This document shows positions 11,101 to 20,100 of a stretch of 64,000 bases of DNA, in pieces. The stretch lies in IMG/VR virus record IMGVR_UViG_3300036945_000458, positions 1,143 through 65,142 of that record. One strand, 5' to 3'. Made by a program: the position numbers and the translations under genes. The stretch comes from a virus. Lineage: Duplodnaviria; Caudoviricetes. Numbering within the stretch: the stretch's first letter is position 1; every line of letters begins with the position of its first letter. The notes under the pieces are model-generated. The model was not told the origin of the DNA. It did not search any database and saw only the letters and a list, made by a program, of their open reading frames with translations.

Positions 11101-14100
11101 TCGACTCTCCTGAAGTGGCTACAGGTGATCCAACAACAGAAGTAATCAACACACAAGAGGTTACTGTTACATTAGAACCTATTGAAGAAAGTTATTTAAA
11201 AGATGAGAGTATCTATTTCATCTCTGGAACATCTCCTTCTGAAAACGAATCTAATTCTGAAAATGCTGCTATACATATTAGAAACTCAAGAGAGTTTTTA
11301 AACAATGCTAAGAACTTTAAAAATAGAGACAACCTTCGTGCTATAATGGTTACAGCAAAACAATTAGAAGCATTGAACCTTAATGGTGTTGCACAGATAT
11401 CATATGGTGTTCCATTGGATACACCACTGTCTGATATTCAAGATATATTTGATGTAGATAAAGGGTTAGTCCTTCAGTTGTTTGTAGATCAAGATGAACA
11501 AACAGGTGAGCTACATGTTGTAAATAAAAATGGTGAACGTATTGGAAAGTTAGGTGATGAAGGAATTAATGTTGCTGATGCAATATTCCAAACAATGCCT
11601 ACAACAGAATTGTACTACACATACACAGATCCTAAAACAGGACAAAGAGTTCCTAGATTTAGAGAGAATCAAAGAGCTACATTTGAGAGAAGAGCAAAAG
11701 CTTGGGAAGCAAAACGAAGAGAATTATTCAATGCTCCTGGAAAGTCTTACAAAATATTCAGTTTCACAATCTCTAGAGGATTACCTTTTACAGCTAGAGA
11801 TAATAATGGACAATTCAAAAGAAGTGTTGTAGGTGGTGTATTGATTCCTGAAGAAGTGATTCCTAAAATAGAAACACTTATTCAATTTTCTAAAGAAGGA
11901 ACTGTATCACATCAAGGACGACTTATTTCATTCCCTACAGGAAGACCTGTATTACAATATGGTGATACGTTGGAGTTCTTGAACAATACTAAATTTGGAA
12001 GAACTAAAGCTATTGTTATTTATGAAATAATAAAAGCAATGGCTGATGACATCAAAGCTAAGTCTGATGCAAACCAAAAGGTTACAATTAATCCAGTATT
12101 TACAAACTTCTTACAAAATCTTTTATATTGGAAAAAAGGTGGAGCCACACAAAATCAAATCTATGTAGATACAATAGGTATGAATATCTCTTTGGGAGGT
12201 GTGAATTATCCTATTACACAAATTGCTGACTATGCTAAACAAATAGTAGATCAGTTAACTGATACATATCATAACGTAAATGGTAACACACTTAAATTTA
12301 ATTTCCACAAACCTTTCATAGAATACTATATAGAGGACAACCAAATTAAAAATAGACAGTGGACAAACTATCAAGAGTATTTATTGGGTTCTAAAACTCC
12401 AGATGGAAAATCTAGAAATGAAGAAACCACTCCTCTTGTTACAAACACTTTACCTCCTACATCAAGCGTTCCTTATACACATAAGCAGAAGTATGCTACA
12501 ATGAACGACCTTGATCTTCCTATTCAGAACATCCCTGAAACAGAAGCACCTGCTCCACCTGTAGCACCTACACCAGCTGCACCAGCTGCTGCTACAACAT
12601 CAACAAAGATTGGTGAGTATGAAATGAATGGTCAAACACCAAACACATTTCCATTTGCAAGTGGTCCAGTTGAGTTTACAGGAACTGTAGATGCCCAAGG
12701 TAATATTGCAGTAGATGTTAAGTCAAATGATACAATAAAAAATGCTGCAGAGAATGCAGCTACATTAGCTACAATAGATAATGTATTACAACAAACAGGT
12801 AAGTTCAATGCTGAAGATAGTGCAGAAGAACGTGTTGCAACATTTGTAGCAGATAAACTTATTGTTGAATTAGTGAACTTACAAAAAGCTGAAGCTGCTA
12901 AAGCTGAACAACAAAAACCTGAAGAAAAGAAAGAAGAAGTTTCTGATATAGAAGCTAAAAAAGCTGATATAGAAAAAAGAAAACGAGAAGAATTGGCAAA
13001 GTTATCAGAGCCAAGACCTGTTACTTTGAAAGAAGAAGATCTTCCTGAAGATATGCCTGAAAAAGGTAGACATGCTGTTTATAGATTATTATTAGATTTT
13101 GCAGCAAGTATATATCGTGTTGATCCAATAAGCGAAGAAGCTTTACTAAACGATGAAGGATATTATTGGTTACAAAAACTTGGTGGAAATTCTTATCAAT
13201 TTATAGGTAAGCCTAGAATGGCATACAAAAAATTATTAGAAGAAAAAGAGCAAATAGATTCGTCATTATATAAACGTGATAAAGAAGAAATAATTGCTAA
13301 ATATAATGCAGAACTAGCTGCTTTAGAAGGCAAAGAAGTTCAACCACCTATTAATGATAAACCTCTTGATACAGATGAGATAGAGTCTATCGATGATCCA
13401 TATATGCGTGTTGCTAATGGTGATTTGAAGAAAGGTGTAATGGACAGCAATGATGTTGAAATATTAAAAGCATGGCAGGCAGAAAATCTTCAAGGTATTC
13501 CATTAGAAATATTAGAAAATCTTGTTAACACATTTGATAATGAGAAAGCATTTGGTGTGTTTGAAGATGGTGTAGCTAAGTTTTACAAAGCTGGACCAAG
13601 ATCAGCACCATACCACGAGCTCTTTCACGCTATATGGAGAAACTTCCTTACACCTGAACAGAGAGAAGCTCTTACACAAGAGTTTAGAAACAAGTCTGGT
13701 AAGTTTACAGATAGAGCTTCAGGTAAGAAAATCAACTATGCTGATGCTACAGACGAACAAGTAGAAGAAAGATATGCTGATGACTTTGGTGAATTCAAAG
13801 CAGGGAAACTTCCTGCTAGAACACTAACAGAAAGAGTATTGAAATTCTTTAGAAACATCATTGAGTTTGTTAAAAAGTTTGTAGGCAAACCTTCTTTGAA
13901 AAAAGATTTGTTCAAAGCAATTAATGAAGGTAAGTTTAAAGACTACAAACTTCCTGAGAATGTAAAAGAACAAGCTCCTGCATACATGCGTATTCCTGGA
14001 TTAACAGAATCACAAGTGTATGAAATAGTTGAAGATATGAAAGTTCATACTTCAGGATATATATTTGGTAAGGATAAAAAAGCATTGTACAACATAAAAG

Positions 14101-17100
14101 AAATCACAGGACAACAAATCTATGATAGATTGGTAGATGTGTACAAGCAGAAAAAAATATACGATCAACTTGGAGAAGAACGTTTCAATCAATTATTTAT
14201 AAGATTGACAGAATCGTTTCGTCCAATGCGTATTAACATTAATGCTGAAGAAGTTGCCAGCATCAATGATGAAAACTCAAGCAGCACATTATATGCACCT
14301 GAGCCATTCTCTGTAGATTCAAAAAAGAATGCTCCATTTGCAATTAAGTTTATTGCATCTACGCTTCCTCAGACAATTCCAATGAACCAGGAAAACAGTA
14401 GTATGCTAGAGATGCCTAAGAGATTAGAAACAGCAAAACTAAAAAGTTTCAAACTTGTTCCTTTCAGTAAAGTGTATGCTACTTTGATGAATAAACTATC
14501 TAACACTTCAAATGTGAAGTTGTTAGAAAAAAGATTATTGGAACTTGCAAAAGCAGAATCTGAATATGTAAGATTCTATAAAAACATAGGTGGAGATATT
14601 GAGAATGGATATATTCCTTTTGAAAACTTCAAAGATGAAGATTGGAAACTATTCATTGAGTTCTATCAAACATTCACCAAACAAAAACCAGAAGCACTTG
14701 TTCAGTATGTAATGGAGGATGAAGTTTTCACAGCTCCTGCTAATCAGTTTACTGCTAGCAAAGAAGTTGAAAGAACTTGGTTTGATACAATGAAAACAAT
14801 TTCTAAGGATAGAAAATCACTTATCAAACTTGACAATAAGATATACAAAGTTGATGTAAATGCATTCCCTACTAGTGTTCCAAAAACTGCAGAAGAAATG
14901 ATTGCATTCTTGGAAACATTAGGTGTGGACTTCCCTATACAAGAATATAAAAAATTAAAACTCACAAAACTATCTACAGATAAGAAATCAGATAGAGATA
15001 GATTTAGTGATGCTGTATCAGGAATATATACATATTTAAAAAAGACTCCAGACATTGCTACAATTAAAGGTAAGACATTAGGTATCAATAACCAATTGTC
15101 CATCTTGTCAGGACTATATGTAAAAGTTACAAATCCTATCACTGAGAACACTCACTATGGTGTAGAAGGAAACAAACTTCAAGACTATACAGAGAGCAAT
15201 GCTCCATCTGTTTTTGAAAATGAATTTAATGAGTCAGCTAATTTAGAACAACTTAAAAAACTAAGACCAGAATTAAATGATGTGTTTAGTGAGAATAGTG
15301 TTGTTCTTAAATCAGGAGGAGAGTTCTACAATAAAGATGGTGAGAAGATAAAAAGCTTCAAAGTTTCATATATCGAGGGAGAGAAAAATACTAACACAGA
15401 TAAAGGAACTGTTACAACAAATCTTTCTTTAGGAAGAAGATTTACACAAGAGTTAAATCAAAACCTAAATGGTAGATATTACATATTGATTCCTGCTGAA
15501 TCTGCAACAGAGTGGGAAATTAATCTTGGTAATCATGTGTCATTCTCTGATTTGAAATCAAACAAAGGATGGACACAGGTATATAAAATATTTGATGGTT
15601 ATCTATCAGATGAAATTGGATTAGCCCTTGATGCAGATAACAGAGAGAAATTGAAAAGTGTTGGTAATAAAGCAAAAGAACTTCGTTTCATGAAGGATAT
15701 TTTGCCTGACATAATTGTTAAGAATCTACATTCAATGTTGGCATCAGACACTGTTCCAAGAGCAGATATTGATCAATATGTAAAAGATAATGCTGACGCA
15801 ATACATCAATCTGTAAAAGCATTTATACTATCTACAGTAGAAGATACAAAAGGTGAATTAATAAATAATAACCAAATCAGAAGAAGAGAGTCTGGATATA
15901 TTTACAGAAATCTTGATAATACATTCATCAATAGAGAGAATGAAACTAGTGCTGATAAATTAAACAAATCTGATCTTACAGAAGAAGATTTAAATAATGT
16001 ATTGACATTTGCTAACGTTAATTACATCATCAATAATATTGAACTTCACAAAATCTTATTTGGTGATCCATATCAGTTTGCTGTGAAGAATGGAAAACTA
16101 GATGAGACTAAACGTATTAAATCTTTCCTATCTCCAAGAAGAATAACTTTTGATACTCCAGAGTACAACACTTTCTTGAACACTAAGGAATATAGTCGTG
16201 CAGGTGAAATTGAATTAGAAGCTCCTAATGCTGAGAAAGGAACTTTTGGAGATCTTGGATACCACTTACATAAACCATATGCTAATACAGTTACGTTGCA
16301 AGATGTTGATATTGTTGGTAGCGTTGCTTTAATGGAAGGAGTTAGCCAAGAATTAAAAGATGCATTTAGTAGAACTAATGAAGCAGATGCTGCATCTATC
16401 ATAAAAGATTTAACATACAGAGAAGTAAAACTAAAAAATCGTCAATGGTCTAATGAAGCTGAAGAATGGCATCAATGGCAAATGGCTTGGACCAGACAAA
16501 ACCATCCTGAATATAAATATACAAATGAGGCACTGAGAAAACAGGATGAGAAATTAGTAGAATCTCCTGAGCCTAAATACACATTAGATGTATTAAAACC
16601 TATTGTAACAGGAAACAAATACAACAAGAACTACTTTAACCAAGTGTTAGATAAGTTCTCTCAAATGCCTATGTACTATAGTATGGTGAAAGGTACTAAT
16701 CTTGAAAAGCTTTACACTAAGATGTGGAAAGAAGATACAGACTATGTAATCATGCAGAGTGGTAGAAAAGAGGGTATTGAAGAAATGCATCCATTATATG
16801 TAGATGGTCAGTTCAACGATGCTGCATTTAACAATAACATCCAAGTGCCTTGGAAAGCTTATGGTATCCAAGTGGAGAATGCATACGAAGGTGTTAAGTC
16901 TCAGACAAGAGGATCTCAAATGATAAAGATCATCAGTATGGACATGTTTGATGCTGGTGAAGAAGTTATGCCAGGTGCAAAACAAGAGTATGATAGATAC
17001 AATAGAATCTTAGATGCAGTTCATCAGAATGCTTACAACACACTCATCTCTGAACTTGGACTAGAAGATTTAGGTACATCATTCAGGTTAGTAAACAATG

Positions 17101-20100
17101 ATTCTATAGCAAGAACTTTACAAGCAGAGTTATTCAAAAGAGAACTATCTGAGAATGCAAAAGATACATTGAAGCGTGATGCAAATGGAGAATTTGTAAT
17201 TCCATTTGAAGCATCTCCTATGTATAAAAAAATCAAAGATGTTCTCTATTCTATGATTGAGAAATCATTGCTTTCTCCAAAGATGTCAGGTAGCTCTCAC
17301 GTACAAGCTCCTGTGACATTGTGGGAAAATGCTAAAAAGGGAAGAGAGTTAGTATTAGCTAGAAGAGATGATAAAGGAAAACTAATTTCCTACAGTAAAA
17401 TATCTAGAGAAGAGTTTGAGAAACTTTCTGAAGAAAAAAAGAAAGACGTTAAACTTACAAGTGGTGCTCTTAAGTTCTATGAAAATGAAGATGGAAAAAG
17501 ACACTGTGAAGTATTAATTCCTGCTTGGTTTAAAGATAAATTAAAAGGTAAATTCAAAAGCGATAAAGAGTTGATGACTTACCTAAACAATCATCCTGAT
17601 GGTAAAAAGATTTTATCAGGTATAGGGTTTCGTATTCCTACACAAGCTACCTCTTCTATAGATGTGTTTGTTGTTAAAGGATTCCTTCCAGCATACATGG
17701 GAACAACAGTTATTGTTCCTTCAGAGATTACAACTAAATCAGGATCTGACTTTGATATTGATAAATTGAACATGTACCTTAAGTCTATATACATAGATGC
17801 GAAAGGAGATATTCAATTAGTATCATACAAAGGATCTGAAGAAGCTACAAAAGAATTCTATAGCAAAGTTTACGATGATACAATCAAAGCAGAGATTGAG
17901 AAAATAAGAAAAAGTGACAACTATAGAGAAGACTTGTACAAGATATTAGATACATTAGAAACAAACAGTCTTCTAAGTAAAGAACAGAAGAAGTTCTATG
18001 ATACGCATGAGACAGTTATTAATGAAATAATTTCTCAAGCTGATGATCTTGATATGATTCCTTCAGAATACATACTCAAACAAATAACAAATCAAGCTCA
18101 GAAAGAAGTTAAGGCAACTGAGAAGTTATTAGATAGCACATTCAAAGAAAAGTTTGTAAACGACATGTACAAAAAATCTTTGGAGAATGAGCTGTATGAT
18201 TCTATGGAGAAGCTTCTAACATTACCACAAAACTTCTTACGACTTATTTCTCCTGTAACAGATGGAGGACTTTCTAAAGTTGCAGATGAGATGGATGCAC
18301 TTGTTGGTTATGATGAGTCAAAAATTAAAAACAGACTACTTAGTAGAACATACATGACTACTCTTAGACATCAATACTTGATTGCTAAGAAATGGGTAGG
18401 TATTGCTGCTACAAACATTACAGGAAACTCTAATGCACAGAAGAGCAAAGTGATCATAGACTTAGATAGAGTTTATAATAGACTAAACTACCAAGACCAA
18501 CAAGTATTGTATAATGATAAAATACTTCTTCCACATAACACTGTGGATGTGGATGGTAAGTCTTATGCAACTATATCAAAAATAAAAGTAGCTAATTCTG
18601 ATAAATACATTTCTGATAGACTTTCTGGATATGCTACATCTTTTGTGGATGTTGCAAACAATCCATTCATCATGAAGATTGTTAAATCTAATTTGATTGT
18701 AAGCACATTCATGTTCTTAGAAAGAATTGGTGCAGGAGAGCACACTATATTCTTCTTGAATCAACCAATCATTGCAGAGTATTTGAAGTATCTTGACAAT
18801 ATAGATTCTAAATCATTATTCAGTAGAGGTAATATAGATAACTTCACTACGTCATTTTTCATGGATAAAAATGTATCTAGTGAAATAAAACCTATACAAG
18901 GAAATGAATTCTATGATCTTGATAACTTGAAACAAAACATCAAGGATTATTATGCTACAGATGGTAAAAGCTTAACTCCTGAAAAGGCACGTGAACAAAA
19001 TTTAATCTTTGATGAGTTCTTGAAATATGCTAAGATGGCAGAGCACTTGTTTGACTTTAGTCAAGCTACTAACTACGATACAAGTAGATTTAGAAGTGGT
19101 GAATCATTTCGTAGAAAGAGACTAAGAACACAAATTGCAAGAGAGAAAAACATATTTACATCTGTTGATAATTTATTCAAATCAACTTTTCTTGGTAAAC
19201 AAAAAGACCTAGTTGAAAAGAGTATGCAAAGTATGGGAGCTATCTTCAAACTTGAAGAAGATAGATTCTCAATCATTACAGACTCTGTATTAAGACCTTT
19301 CCAAGAAAATAAATATTTAAGTAACGATGACTTTGACACTATTGCTAGCAAAGTGAAAGCATCTTTCTTAGACTATATAGTTCAAGTTAAATTAGGAATG
19401 AACACTCCTGCATTATTGACTGGTGAGAATTCTGTTGCTAGTCAATTATTAAAAGCAAGAGAGGCAAACAAAGATGTTAAGATATTACATGATCTTGAAC
19501 CAACCTTGTCAGATAGAATAGATGGTGCAAAAAGCATTAGACTAAGAGCTAATTTAAAAGAAGCTAGCGATGAGAATTTGTTTATTGAGATGATGAGAGA
19601 GTTGAAAGAAATCAACCCTACATTATTCAATAACATAATCAAAGTTGCAAGACTGCAAGGTTCATACCAATCAGCTATCTCGATAAACAATGTTATGCCT
19701 GTAGATGATTTTGCTGAAGATATTAAGGGCATCTTTAATACGTTGGTTGCTTCAGATGATATTAGAGCTTTTAAAAATGGCTGGTTCCAAAGAAACAATT
19801 GGAAAGATGACGCTATTTTCCCTGAATTAAAAAATACAAAATTTGCTTTTCCTGTAGATAATGCAGGAGCAATAGTTGATGAACCTATAGGAGAAGATCC
19901 ATATGGAAATTTAATTTATCAATATACGTCTAATTTGTTTCCATACATTCCAAGTTTAGGAGTGGATGCAAGTAACAGAGGAATTCTTTTACTACATAGT
20001 AAGTATGACACATTTAATGGAGCTAATGAAGACTATTTAAAAGTTCCTAGAGTTGTACAACTACCTGGAACAGAAGAACAAATTGACCTTACAACAGGAC

